From positions 374,572 to 438,571 of the forward strand of contig CAYVFE010000001.1 of assembly GCA_964450885.1 (NCBI GenBank): 64,000 nucleotides of DNA, given 5' to 3'. The first letter of the stretch is position 1; each line of letters begins with the position of its first letter. Source of the DNA: an uncultured Gammaproteobacteria bacterium (GTDB lineage Bacteria; Patescibacteriota; Microgenomatia; Levybacterales; GWA1-39-11). Under the pieces are notes generated by a model. It was not told where the DNA came from and did no database searches. It worked only from the letters and a program-made list of their open reading frames with translations. Made by a program: the position numbers and the translations under genes. This document shows positions 45,893 to 56,343 of this stretch, in pieces.

Positions 45893-46827
45893 TGAAAATA
45901 GATGTAGTAATACCTAACTATAATGGGGCAAAACTGATAAAGAAGAATCTGCCTGACGTTATTAAGTCATTTGGAGAAGGTTTGAAAGTATCTATAATCA
46001 TTGTCGACGATGGATCAAGAGAAGATGATGTATTAGAACTCCGAAAAACTCTCGATGCGATTAACATGAGCTCTAAGATTCCAGTTGTTCTAATAGAAAA
46101 AGAAAAGAATTCAGGATTTTCTTCGGCAGTCAATATGGGGGTTAAGAACTGTAAATCTGATCTGGTTGTGCTACTTAATTCCGATGCGGTTCCCTATAAA
46201 AATTTTATGGATCCTGTGCTTGATGATTTTGAAAGAGATCATCTGCTTTTTGGTGTAGGATGCATGGATGTAAGTATAGAAGGCAGCAAATCTGTTAAAA
46301 GAGGTAGAGGCATTGCCTATTGGAAGAAGGGACTACTGAGACATAAAAGAGGAGAAATTGATAAAAAAGATACTTTTTGGATATCTGGCGGGAGCAGCGT
46401 TGTTAGGCGAGATATATTCAACAAACTTGGCGGCTTTGACGAATTATACAACCCTTTTTATTGGGAGGATATAGATCTTTCTTATAGAGCACAAAAGGGG
46501 GGATATAAAATTATCTTTGAGGGCCGAAGCCTAGTTGAGCATAGACATGATGAAGGTGCAATCAAATCAAACTTCAAAAAGAACAAGATAATTACGACAG
46601 TATATAGAAATCAATTTATTTTTCATTGGAAAAATATAACTGATAAAAAACTGCTTTTCTCTCATTTTTTTTGGTTGCCCTTTCATTTGGCAAACGCATT
46701 TGTGCATACGGATAATAATTTGACTGGTGGTTTTTTTCTTGCTTTAAAAAGACTCCCTGATATAATTAAAAGTCGCAATATTGCCAAGAAAATGTTTGTT
46801 CTGAGCGACAGGGAAATTATAAAATAA
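45892..46827 (+). CDS. GT2 glycosyltransferase
   Basis: Carries IDVVIPNYNGAKLI…IIVDDGS…LNSDAVP. Confidence 0.75.
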   Translation: MKIDVVIPNYNGAKLIKKNLPDVIKSFGEGLKVSIIIVDDGSREDDVLELRKTLDAINMSSKIPVVLIEKEKNSGFSSAVNMGVKNCKSDLVVLLNSDAVPYKNFMDPVLDDFERDHLLFGVGCMDVSIEGSKSVKRGRGIAYWKKGLLRHKRGEIDKKDTFWISGGSSVVRRDIFNKLGGFDELYNPFYWEDIDLSYRAQKGGYKIIFEGRSLVEHRHDEGAIKSNFKKNKIITTVYRNQFIFHWKNITDKKLLFSHFFWLPFHLANAFVHTDNNLTGGFFLALKRLPDIIKSRNIAKKMFVLSDREIIK

Positions 46828-47534
46828 TGAAGCTATCAATACTGATCCCTGCCTACAATGAGCAGAATACTATTGAATCAGTACTTAACTCCTTAAATAA
46901 GCTCAAATTAGAGAAGGTAACAAAAGAAATAATAGTAATTGATGACGGTTCAACCGATGATACGCCCGGTATTTTATCTAGGCAAAGCAAAAGATTCGTT
47001 AAGGTTTTCACCCATAAGAAAAATAAAGGGAAAGGAGCTGCTATTCAGACCGGTATAAAGAAGGCAAGCGGCGATATTATTCTGATTCAGGATGCTGATT
47101 TGGAGTATAGTCCAAGAGATATTCCACGTTTGATTCGTCCGATTATCGATAGGCAGTTTGAGGTAGTGTATGGAACGCGGCTCAACATGAGGCCTGTTAT
47201 ATTCGGTAAAAAAAGAACACCATTTTTATTTCACTTTTTTGGCAATAAGCTATTGAGTTTGATTACTACTTTTCTTTATGGAGCCACTATTACAGATATG
47301 GAAACAGGGTACAAGGTATTTACAAGAAAGGCTCTAAGCGGAATTAGGCTCAATGCTAAATCGTTTGACTTCGAGCCAGAAATAACAGCAAAAATTCTAA
47401 AAAAGAGGATAAAAATACTAGAGATAGATATAAAGACTAATCCCAGAGGATATGATGAAGGAAAAAAAATCAGACCTATACAGGATGGGTTAATGGCACT
47501 TTGGACCTTGATAAAATACAGATTTGTGGACTAA
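46827..47534 (+). CDS. GT2 polyprenol-phosphate glycosyltransferase (DPM1-like), copy 3
   Basis: Carries LSILIPAYNEQNTIE…IIVIDDGSTDDT…IQDADLEYSP. Confidence 0.8.
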   Translation: MKLSILIPAYNEQNTIESVLNSLNKLKLEKVTKEIIVIDDGSTDDTPGILSRQSKRFVKVFTHKKNKGKGAAIQTGIKKASGDIILIQDADLEYSPRDIPRLIRPIIDRQFEVVYGTRLNMRPVIFGKKRTPFLFHFFGNKLLSLITTFLYGATITDMETGYKVFTRKALSGIRLNAKSFDFEPEITAKILKKRIKILEIDIKTNPRGYDEGKKIRPIQDGLMALWTLIKYRFVD

Positions 47535-47563
47535 TAAGAATATTCTGGATAGAATAATAATTA

Positions 47564-49087
47564 ATGAAGTATAAAGAAAAAAGCATTATCGGTAAGCTTT
47601 ATTATAGGTTAAGCCTTACAGCGAACGAATTTTTGCTGCTACTACTGATCGCGCTTTTTTCTTTTTTTCTTAGATTTGTAAATTATTCAAATAGATGGGG
47701 GCTTGCCTATGATCAGGCAAGAGACGGGATCGTTTCTCATCAAATTTTAGTTAACATGGAGATTCCCATCTCCGGTCCGTTTTCAGCATCAGGGCCTTTC
47801 GTATTTGGACCTTTTTGGTACTGGTTTCATGCTTTAGTTACCGCCCTCAATCCTCATAGCGTAATGTGGCTTTGGTTCGTACAGACATCTATATCGGCCT
47901 TGATGCCGATAGTAATGTTTTTTATAGGACGCAAAATAATAGATAGTAGATTCGGATTCATCGTAGCTTTTTTTACTGCGATCTCCACAGCCCAAATCGC
48001 ACAGTCGACAAATCTAACATATTCTACGTTTGTAGGTTTTATTAGCGTTTTTATACTCCTTTTTCTTGGCCTTTTTATAAAGACAAAAAAGACCATTTAT
48101 ATATTTCTAATGTCGTTACTTATGGGGCTTGCGGTAAATGTGCATTTTCAGGCTGTCGGATATTTCCTTTTTCTCCCTATTATATTGGCGTTAAATATAA
48201 AATCCATAAAAAACATTGCTTTTATTAGCTTAGGTTTTTCTATACCGTTTATTCCGCTTTTGTTGTTCGACTTTGCAAGTAATCATTATCAAAGCAACAA
48301 TATTATTGAGTATTTATTTAACGGTGGTAATACCAACTCATTGCCAAAAAGATGGCTTACATATATTGGAGTTTTTTGGCCAACCTCTTATGCCCACATC
48401 ATAGGAGGCTACATGCCATTCGGAGCGCTTACAGCAATAATATCTATATCTGTATTGCTATTTTTTATTTGGAAGAAAAGAATTGAAAAAACTATTTTCA
48501 TAATATTAGTTTTTCTCTCGCTAAATTTTATAGTACTGCGTTATTTTAAAGGGCATATTTATGATGCATTTCTCGTTTTTTTGCACCCCGCAATTCTTCT
48601 AATAACAGCTTGGGTAGTATATAAGCTGATAAAATTCAATAAATATCTAGGAATAGTATTTTTTCTAGTGATCGCTATCGCTACATTGACGAAAAACTAT
48701 GAAGAGATTGTTAATGCCACAAATCACACAGCGACTTATTCTATGAAGATGATGCAGATGCTAGAAGAGAAATACCCCGATAAAAAATTTGCAGTTTATG
48801 ATTTTCAATTCAAGAATTCGAGCAAGAGCAACTCTCTTGTGTTGTATCTTTTAAAAAATGATCTAATTTCTGATAATGGTCAAAAGATAGGTTTTTTGCA
48901 AGCAACCATAAGTGCCGAACTCGATATGCATAATGCCACTGTTATACATGGGGCCATTAGAGAGAACCCTATTTTAGTAGACTTGGGTAATTATGATAGG
49001 AAACAGCTCGAAAGCAGGGATTGGGAATTTGTAAATCCAAGTGCAGTTTATGAATCAGTCATACATTGGTATGAAAAAGAGAACTGA
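47564..49087 (+). CDS. Polytopic membrane protein, GT-C-like (PMT_2/ArnT superfamily-like)
   Basis: Has ~12 TM helices and an N-terminal loop RWGLAYDQARDG (acidic motif). It has a soluble C-terminal domain. Confidence 0.5.
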   Translation: MKYKEKSIIGKLYYRLSLTANEFLLLLLIALFSFFLRFVNYSNRWGLAYDQARDGIVSHQILVNMEIPISGPFSASGPFVFGPFWYWFHALVTALNPHSVMWLWFVQTSISALMPIVMFFIGRKIIDSRFGFIVAFFTAISTAQIAQSTNLTYSTFVGFISVFILLFLGLFIKTKKTIYIFLMSLLMGLAVNVHFQAVGYFLFLPIILALNIKSIKNIAFISLGFSIPFIPLLLFDFASNHYQSNNIIEYLFNGGNTNSLPKRWLTYIGVFWPTSYAHIIGGYMPFGALTAIISISVLLFFIWKKRIEKTIFIILVFLSLNFIVLRYFKGHIYDAFLVFLHPAILLITAWVVYKLIKFNKYLGIVFFLVIAIATLTKNYEEIVNATNHTATYSMKMMQMLEEKYPDKKFAVYDFQFKNSSKSNSLVLYLLKNDLISDNGQKIGFLQATISAELDMHNATVIHGAIRENPILVDLGNYDRKQLESRDWEFVNPSAVYESVIHWYEKEN

Positions 49088-49188
49088 TAAGCGAAAAAAA
49101 ATGCAGTTATTTTCTGGTCTTTATATAATTATGATTATTGTTTCAACATTTTGTAGTATTGAGACAGGTATTTATTTATAATTGAAGA

Positions 49189-50832
49189 ATGAAAAAATTA
49201 CTAAATCCGAAGATATTGATAGTCGCTATAGTTTTCGTTGCAGCTTTTTTGCGACTGTACCAAATTCAAAGTATTCCGCCTTCTCTTACCTGGGATGAGG
49301 TTGCTTGGGGATATAATTCGTATTCTCTGGGATTGGATGGCAGGGATGAATTTGGGGTATTTCTTCCTTATAAATACTTAGAGTCTTTCGGAGATTTTAA
49401 GCCACCCCTTTATGCATACGTGGGAATTATTCCTGTAAAGATCTGGGGCCTTACGGAATTTGCAACGCGTTTTCCTTCGGCGTTTTTTGGAATACTTACA
49501 GTCCTTACTACATATTTTTTGGTAAAAGAAATATTTTTTAGATCAAAAAGTAAGGAATATTATGCTCTTTTTTCTGCATTTCTTCTGGCGATTTCTCCAT
49601 GGCATATAAATTTATCTCGTGCGGCTTTCGAAGCTAATGTATCACAGTTTTTTATTGTCATGGGAATTTATTTATTTTTACTGGCAGTCAGGAAAAACAT
49701 GCTGATTCTTGTGCTCTCTGCGATTTCATTCGTGCTTTCTTTTTATACTTTCAACACCGCAAGAGTATTTGTTCCTATAATAGTTTTGGTCCTCGCATTG
49801 GTGTTCATAAAAAAGCTCTGGCAACACAAAAAACAGACAATTATCGCGGGTATGGTGGGATTTGTTTTATTACTCCCTATAATTACTTTCATGTTTTCGC
49901 CTCAAGCGAGCCTAAGATTTAGAGAAGTGAATATCTTTTCGGACCCACAGATTGTTGAGGTTGCAAACCAAGAGATAGAAAACGATAATAACTCACTTGT
50001 CAGTAAAGGACTTCATAATAGACGGTTAAAATATGCAGTCTCATTTATTTCTCATTATTTTGATCATTTCAACTCCTCGTTCTTATTCATAAAGGGTGAT
50101 GGAAATCCTAAATTCTCCAGTCAGGATGTGGGGCAATTATATATCTGGAGTATACCTTTTCTTACTATCGGTGCCCTTTTATTGTTCAGAAAAAAAGAGG
50201 ATAGGTGGTGGCTTATCCCTACGTGGTTACTTTTGGGGATTATTCCAGCTGCTACTGCAAGAGAGACTCCGCATGCATTAAGAATCGAGACTGTGGTCCC
50301 GACATTTCAAATTATTGTGGCGTATGGATTTGTAAACTCCATGATTTTTTTGAGAAGTAGAATTGGCAAGCGCTGGATATATAGGAGCGTGCTTTATGGT
50401 GCGATTTTGATACTAGTAGGGAATTTTGCATACTACATATATGGTTATTATGTCCATTATGCCCGTGAGTATTCGAAGCAATGGCAATATGCGTACAGAG
50501 AAGCATTTGAATATACTGAGGACAATAAAGATAAGTATGATGAAATTTACTTTACTGATAAGCTTGGTAGGCCATACATATATTATCTGTTCTATGCAAA
50601 AATTTCTCCAGAAGAATTCAGAAAAGATCATGATGCCACCCGGGATCAATTTGGATTTGTAAATGTGGATAGGGTTGGAAAATATAACTTTAGGGATTAT
50701 CTCGAGGTAGATATTGTAGATAAAAATATTTTATATGTTAATGACTCATTAAATGTTCCGGAGGATGCAGCAATCCTAAAGACAGTTAACGAAATAAATG
50801 GGGATGCATCACTGGTTATATATACGAAGTAA
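49189..50832 (+). CDS. GT-C glycosyltransferase, PMT_2 / ArnT-like (polyprenol-P-sugar dependent)
   Basis: Carries LTWDEVAWGYNSYSL…GDFKPPLYAYVG. The TATAAT-N6-ATG arrangement is leaderless-type. Confidence 0.7.
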   Translation: MKKLLNPKILIVAIVFVAAFLRLYQIQSIPPSLTWDEVAWGYNSYSLGLDGRDEFGVFLPYKYLESFGDFKPPLYAYVGIIPVKIWGLTEFATRFPSAFFGILTVLTTYFLVKEIFFRSKSKEYYALFSAFLLAISPWHINLSRAAFEANVSQFFIVMGIYLFLLAVRKNMLILVLSAISFVLSFYTFNTARVFVPIIVLVLALVFIKKLWQHKKQTIIAGMVGFVLLLPIITFMFSPQASLRFREVNIFSDPQIVEVANQEIENDNNSLVSKGLHNRRLKYAVSFISHYFDHFNSSFLFIKGDGNPKFSSQDVGQLYIWSIPFLTIGALLLFRKKEDRWWLIPTWLLLGIIPAATARETPHALRIETVVPTFQIIVAYGFVNSMIFLRSRIGKRWIYRSVLYGAILILVGNFAYYIYGYYVHYAREYSKQWQYAYREAFEYTEDNKDKYDEIYFTDKLGRPYIYYLFYAKISPEEFRKDHDATRDQFGFVNVDRVGKYNFRDYLEVDIVDKNILYVNDSLNVPEDAAILKTVNEINGDASLVIYTK

Positions 50833-50833
50833 A

Positions 50834-52495
50834 ATGAAAAAAATTATTATTAAACGGAAGATATTAATACTTTTTTCTTTAATATTATTCATTGGATCTA
50901 TTTTGAGGCTTTATCAGTTGGGCTCCGTACCCTTGTCACTTACTTGGGATGAAGTTGCGCTGGGCTACAATGCATATTCTATATTTGAGACTGGGAAAGA
51001 TGAATTCGGAGCAACGCTGCCTGTAGTTATGAGATCATATGATGACTACAAGCCCGCATTTTATACATATTTGATAATTCCTTCCTATAAAGTATTTGGA
51101 CTTAATGAGTTTAGTGTAAGATTGCCATCTGCTCTGATGGGAATTGCTACATTGGTCAGTGTTTATTTTTTACTAAAAAAACTCTTTAAAAGAGAAGACA
51201 TTGCGCTTCTTACGATGTTTATATTGGCGATTTCTCCCTGGCATATTCAGATGAGTAGGGTCGCCTTCGAATCCAACGTGGGACTTGCTTTGAATGTTTT
51301 TGCAGCAACATTTTTGCTTTATGGTCTTAAAAGATATTGGATGATAGTTCTTGCAGCTTTATTTGCAGGTCTGAGTGTGCATACATACCAAAGTGATAGG
51401 GTATTTACACCCCTTTTTATATTAGGAATGGGAATTATATTCTTCAAGCCTCTTATGAAGGTTCCTAAAAAATATCTAGTAAGCGCAGTTGTTTTAGGGT
51501 TGTTGGTAGTTTTTCCACTGATAATTTATATATTAAACGATAGTAATGCGCTATTGAGAGCTAAAGGTACAAGTGTATTTAGTAACAACTTTACGCTCCT
51601 TAAAGAAAATGCTAGAAGAAATGAAGTTAATATCGCCGAAGGTAATGACTTAGGAAGAATCATAGATAATAGAAGGGTCATTTATGCAAAGGCCACTTTA
51701 GATGGATACCTATCACACTTTAATCCTAATTGGCTTCTAAAAGGAGACATAGCGCGACATCATGCTCCTGAAATGGGGCTTATCTATATCTGGGAGTTCC
51801 CCTTTATTTTGATCGGTATATATGTTTTGCTTTTCTCAAAATTCGAGAGAAGAACAAAGTATTTTATTTTTTTCTGGTTTCTGCTTGCTCCAATTCCAGC
51901 GTCGATCACAACAGGAGTTCCTCATGCTCTAAGAACTCTAAACTTCCTGCCTACATGGCAGTTATTTACTGCGCTTGGCCTCATAAGTGCATTTAGCGTG
52001 ATGTCTAGTATTAAATATCGATTAGTCGGTATAAAAATCAAATATATATTGTTTGTATTATTCATAATTTTTGCCGTTTTTAATTTTGTGTATTATCTCA
52101 ATCAATACTTTGTGCAGCAGAATTACTTTCATGCAAAAGAATGGCTTTTTGGTCACAAAGAAATAATGCAAGAAGTGGTAAAAAGACAAGATCAATATGC
52201 AAATGTTGTTATTACGAATAAAGAGCCCTTTGACAGATCGAATATGTACTATCTCTTTTATAGTATGTACTCACCCAGTGATTACCAAAACAGTAATCCT
52301 TCCTCTGGAGGATTTGCAGTACTTCCAAAATTTGATAAATTTACATTCCGACCAATTAATTGGGTGGAGGATAGTCAAATGGAGAACACTTTATTTGTAG
52401 GGTTGCCAGGCGAAATACCAGAATCCGCATCTATTTATACAGTGTATTATCCCGACGGGACTCCTGCTGCTATCATGTCCGGAAAAAGAAAATAA
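50834..52495 (+). CDS. GT-C glycosyltransferase, PMT_2 / ArnT-like (tandem paralog)
   Basis: Carries LTWDEVALGYNAYSI…YDDYKPAFYTYL. The ATG at 50834 follows the upstream stop immediately. Confidence 0.7.
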   Translation: MKKIIIKRKILILFSLILFIGSILRLYQLGSVPLSLTWDEVALGYNAYSIFETGKDEFGATLPVVMRSYDDYKPAFYTYLIIPSYKVFGLNEFSVRLPSALMGIATLVSVYFLLKKLFKREDIALLTMFILAISPWHIQMSRVAFESNVGLALNVFAATFLLYGLKRYWMIVLAALFAGLSVHTYQSDRVFTPLFILGMGIIFFKPLMKVPKKYLVSAVVLGLLVVFPLIIYILNDSNALLRAKGTSVFSNNFTLLKENARRNEVNIAEGNDLGRIIDNRRVIYAKATLDGYLSHFNPNWLLKGDIARHHAPEMGLIYIWEFPFILIGIYVLLFSKFERRTKYFIFFWFLLAPIPASITTGVPHALRTLNFLPTWQLFTALGLISAFSVMSSIKYRLVGIKIKYILFVLFIIFAVFNFVYYLNQYFVQQNYFHAKEWLFGHKEIMQEVVKRQDQYANVVITNKEPFDRSNMYYLFYSMYSPSDYQNSNPSSGGFAVLPKFDKFTFRPINWVEDSQMENTLFVGLPGEIPESASIYTVYYPDGTPAAIMSGKRK

Positions 52496-52500
52496 TTAAT

Positions 52501-53271
52501 ATGAATAAAATATCAGTCGTTCTCGCAACTTACAACGAAGAAGAAAACATAGAAGGATGCTTGCTGTCAGTAAAAAATCTAGCTGATGAAGTTGTAATAG
52601 TTGATGGAACATCACAGGACAAGACAGTAGATATCGCTAAATCTTTGGGAGCGAGGGTTATTTCGACAACCAACAAGAAAAACTTTCATATAAACAAACA
52701 AAAGGCCATAGATGCCGCAAAATATGAGTGGATATTGCAGCTCGATGCTGATGAAGTCGTAGATCTGGAGCTCGAGAATGAAATAAAAAAAATTATAGGA
52801 AAAAATCCTGAAGAAAACGGCTTTTGGATCCCCAGAAAGAATTATTTTTTGGGAAGATTTTTGATGAAAGGTGGACAGTATCCAGACTATACAATCCGGC
52901 TATACAGAAATGGAAAAGGTAGATTGCCTCAGAAAGACGTCCATGAACAGGCAGAGGTTGACGGAAAGATCGGATACCTGGAAAAGGCATTGCTACATTA
53001 TCCATACAAGGATTTCTCATTCTATCTAAATAAGTGGAAAAGGTATAATTCTTTTTTTGCAGATCAGATAAAAGATGAGATGAAAGATAAAGACATTATT
53101 TATAGGATTATTGCGGGATTTGGCTATCTTATCCTAAGGCCTGCTCACTGGCTTTTGACTACTTATATAAGACACAAAGGATTTTACGATTCATGGCAGG
53201 GTTTTGTATTCTCGCTAATGTCAGCTCTTAGATTTCCGGCATCATATATAATCTATCTTAAGAAAAAATGA
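52501..53271 (+). CDS. GT2 glycosyltransferase
   Basis: Carries ISVVLATYNEEENI…VVIVDGTSQDKT…LDADEVV. Confidence 0.8.
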   Translation: MNKISVVLATYNEEENIEGCLLSVKNLADEVVIVDGTSQDKTVDIAKSLGARVISTTNKKNFHINKQKAIDAAKYEWILQLDADEVVDLELENEIKKIIGKNPEENGFWIPRKNYFLGRFLMKGGQYPDYTIRLYRNGKGRLPQKDVHEQAEVDGKIGYLEKALLHYPYKDFSFYLNKWKRYNSFFADQIKDEMKDKDIIYRIIAGFGYLILRPAHWLLTTYIRHKGFYDSWQGFVFSLMSALRFPASYIIYLKKK

Positions 53272-54239
53272 GAAATATTTTAGTTACAGGAGGCGCAGGT
53301 TATATCGGAAGCTTTATGGTCAAGGCTCTTTTGGATAGGGGGGACAAGGTTGTCGTTTTTGATAATCTAAAAAGAGGGCACATAGAGGCTATAGATAAAA
53401 GGGCACAATTCGTGCAGGGTGACATTTTGAACAAGAGTGATCTGGAAAGTCTTTTGAATAGCTACTCCTTCGATGCCATTTTACATTTTGCAGGACTCAT
53501 TTCAGTAGAGGAATCGTCCAGAAATCCTGAGCTTTATAGGGAGAATAATATAGTAGGGTCAGCTAACCTTTTTGATGCGGTCGTTTCTTCTGGCACTAAG
53601 AACCTAATTTTCTCCTCTACAGCCGCTGTGTATGGGAATCCACAGAAGGTTCCGATACCAGAGGATCACTCAAAAAATCCCGCAAGCCCATATGGTGAAA
53701 CCAAACTTGCGACTGAGGAAAAGCTTAAATCACTTAGGGGGACAGATGAATCTATCAATTATGCGATACTACGATATTTTAACGCATGCGGAGCAGCTTT
53801 AGATGGCTCGCTTGGAGAAAATCATGATCCTGAGACTCACATCATACCTCTTGCGATAAGAGCTGCAAAGGACAATGGAGAATTTAAGCTTTATGGTACT
53901 GATTACGATACTAAAGACGGGACCTGTATTAGGGATTATATTCATGTGCTAGATTTGGTTGAAGCGCATATTCTAGCGTTGGAGAAGATAATCAATGATG
54001 GAGGTGGGCATTATTATAATGTAGGAACAGGGAAAGGATTTACGAACAGAGAAATAGTCGAAATGGTAAGAAAAGTCAGCAATAAGGACTTTCAAATCGT
54101 GGAGGTAGAAAGAAGAGCGGGGGATTCCAGCGAGTTAGTAGCAGATGTCACTAAGATAAAGAAAGAATTAGGATTTAATCCAAAATTCTCTGATTTAAAA
54201 ACCATCATTGAGTCCGCATGGAAATGGCACAATAAATAA
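53268..54239 (+). CDS. galE: UDP-glucose 4-epimerase (NAD-dependent SDR)
   Basis: Has GGAGYIGS (Rossmann), SSTAAVYG and YGETK (YxxxK). It is full length at 323 aa. Confidence 0.85.
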   Translation: MRNILVTGGAGYIGSFMVKALLDRGDKVVVFDNLKRGHIEAIDKRAQFVQGDILNKSDLESLLNSYSFDAILHFAGLISVEESSRNPELYRENNIVGSANLFDAVVSSGTKNLIFSSTAAVYGNPQKVPIPEDHSKNPASPYGETKLATEEKLKSLRGTDESINYAILRYFNACGAALDGSLGENHDPETHIIPLAIRAAKDNGEFKLYGTDYDTKDGTCIRDYIHVLDLVEAHILALEKIINDGGGHYYNVGTGKGFTNREIVEMVRKVSNKDFQIVEVERRAGDSSELVADVTKIKKELGFNPKFSDLKTIIESAWKWHNK

Positions 54240-54241
54240 AT

Positions 54242-55306
54242 ATGAAAAAGTGGACTGGCTTTATCGGAATAGGCAGTCTTTTTTTGGGATTGGGGTTTTT
54301 ATCAGTGCTATTTATCCTTCTCGTATATTCGTCTAGATATTCTGGATTTACAGAAAATTATTTGTTAATTGATCCAAGATATATACTTCTTGTCTATATT
54401 GCCATTAATCTATTTTTAAGAATAAAAAGCCCAGTCCGTTTTCCTAGGGTGTTATATAAAATTAATTTGTTTTTTATCCTTCCATTAAGCATTATTACCG
54501 TTGCATCGTTGACATTGCTAGAATTAGTCAATTATCCTAATTTTGTTTATAGCTTGCTGTTGACTCACTATGACAAATTATCCTATGTCCTTTTCGCATC
54601 CGGGATAGTTGCTTTCATTAATGCTCCAGATAAATGGTTAAAGTCGAACTTAAAGAAAATAATTTTTCTTAGTGCTCCAGTGCTCTTCTTGATCTTTTTT
54701 TTAATACAAACGTGGCCAATGAGCGCATTCGAAATAATGGTACGTGAAGATGGGTTTGTAGAATATTTACAATTCTTCTCTCTAATTATTTCTGGGATTT
54801 TATCATTACTGGTATTTAAATTTTTATACAAAAAAAAAGAATATTTTCTTTCTTTATTATTTTTTTTAATAACATGTACGTTTTTCTTTATTGCTGGTGA
54901 TGAAATATCATGGGGGCAGAGGATAATGGGGATTAATTCCCCTGATTATTTTTTGCAGTCGAATGTGCAGAGGGAGATCACTATTCACAACCTTGCGCCA
55001 TTTTCGGGCAAACTCGTTACAATAATATACATTGTTGTTGGACTATATGGTTCTTTATGTTGGACGTTAACCGATAAGGTTAAAAGGATATTTTCGAAAA
55101 AAGCAAGTTTATTTATTCCACCATGGTACACCTCCACCTTTTTTTTCTTTGGATTTATCTATAATTTCTATACAATATTAGGAGACCATAATATTGGTAA
55201 TTGGTCAGAGCCTGCAGAGCTATCGCTCTATTTTGGAGCAATGCTTTTCGTTATGAGTATATATCTTAGATTGCATGGACATATGTTGAATAAATTTAAT
55301 CTATGA
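54242..55306 (+). CDS. Hypothetical polytopic membrane protein
   Basis: 354 aa with ~9 TM helices. No family recognised. Confidence 0.4.
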   Translation: MKKWTGFIGIGSLFLGLGFLSVLFILLVYSSRYSGFTENYLLIDPRYILLVYIAINLFLRIKSPVRFPRVLYKINLFFILPLSIITVASLTLLELVNYPNFVYSLLLTHYDKLSYVLFASGIVAFINAPDKWLKSNLKKIIFLSAPVLFLIFFLIQTWPMSAFEIMVREDGFVEYLQFFSLIISGILSLLVFKFLYKKKEYFLSLLFFLITCTFFFIAGDEISWGQRIMGINSPDYFLQSNVQREITIHNLAPFSGKLVTIIYIVVGLYGSLCWTLTDKVKRIFSKKASLFIPPWYTSTFFFFGFIYNFYTILGDHNIGNWSEPAELSLYFGAMLFVMSIYLRLHGHMLNKFNL

Positions 55307-56343
55307 AGATCGGAATTGATATTTCTCCCTTGTCTTCAGGACACAAAGTAAGAGGCGTTGGGGCCTACGTATCTTTATTGAAAAATAACATCGAGAAGTT
55401 TGATGGTGAAAATAAGTACGTTTTTTTTGAAGGTAAACCGCCTTCAGGATTAGATTTGGTGCACTATCCGTATTTTGATCCTTTTTTTCCAGTTCTTCCG
55501 TTTTCGAAAAAGACAAAAACCATAGTTACTGTACACGATTTAACACCAATAAAGTTTCGGGAGCATTTCCCCAGCGGGGTAAAAGGGAATTTAAGATGGC
55601 AGTACAATAGATTTCTTCTAAAAAAATCAGACGGGATAATTGTGGATTCCAATGCATCAAAAAAGGATGTAGTCAAAATAATCGGCTTTAATGAAGATAG
55701 AGTTAAATCTGTATATTTAGGGTCTGATCCGATCTATAAAAAAATAAGATTGAGTGATGGTGTTAGAGACGAAGTCAAAAAAAGGTATTCTATCGGGGAT
55801 AATTTTATGATTTATGTTGGGGATGTTACCTGGAACAAAAATTTACCTAGAATTGTTTCTGCTGTAAAAAAAGTCGGAATTGAGTTTTTACTGATCGGGA
55901 AATCTATAGCTGATGACAATTTCGATGCGTCAAATCCATGGAGTAAAGATAGAGTAGAACTACGGAGAATGATAAAGGGTGATGAGAAAATTAAAGTCTT
56001 GGGCTTTGTTCCAGATGAAGATCTGTCAAAAATCTATAATATGGCGCAAGGGCTTTTGATGCCATCTTTGTATGAAGGATTTGGATTACCCGTACTTGAA
56101 GCGATGAGCTGCGGGTGTCCTGTTATAACAAGCCGGGAGGGGAGTCTACCAGAAGTTGGTGGTGATGCGGTGCTTTATGCCGATGCTTTGTCTGTAGAGT
56201 CCATCGAAGAAAAAATAAAGGAGCTGATGACGAATAAGAAGCTTAGAGACGAATTATCGGAAAAAGGGCTATTGCAGGCAAAAAAATTTAGTATCGAAAA
56301 GATGATCAAAGACACTTTAGACGTTTATAAAACATTTGGATGA
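55303..56343 (+). CDS. GT4 glycosyltransferase
   Basis: Carries MPSLYEGFGLPVLEAMSCGCPVITSREGSLPEVGGDAV. Confidence 0.8.
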   Translation: MKIGIDISPLSSGHKVRGVGAYVSLLKNNIEKFDGENKYVFFEGKPPSGLDLVHYPYFDPFFPVLPFSKKTKTIVTVHDLTPIKFREHFPSGVKGNLRWQYNRFLLKKSDGIIVDSNASKKDVVKIIGFNEDRVKSVYLGSDPIYKKIRLSDGVRDEVKKRYSIGDNFMIYVGDVTWNKNLPRIVSAVKKVGIEFLLIGKSIADDNFDASNPWSKDRVELRRMIKGDEKIKVLGFVPDEDLSKIYNMAQGLLMPSLYEGFGLPVLEAMSCGCPVITSREGSLPEVGGDAVLYADALSVESIEEKIKELMTNKKLRDELSEKGLLQAKKFSIEKMIKDTLDVYKTFG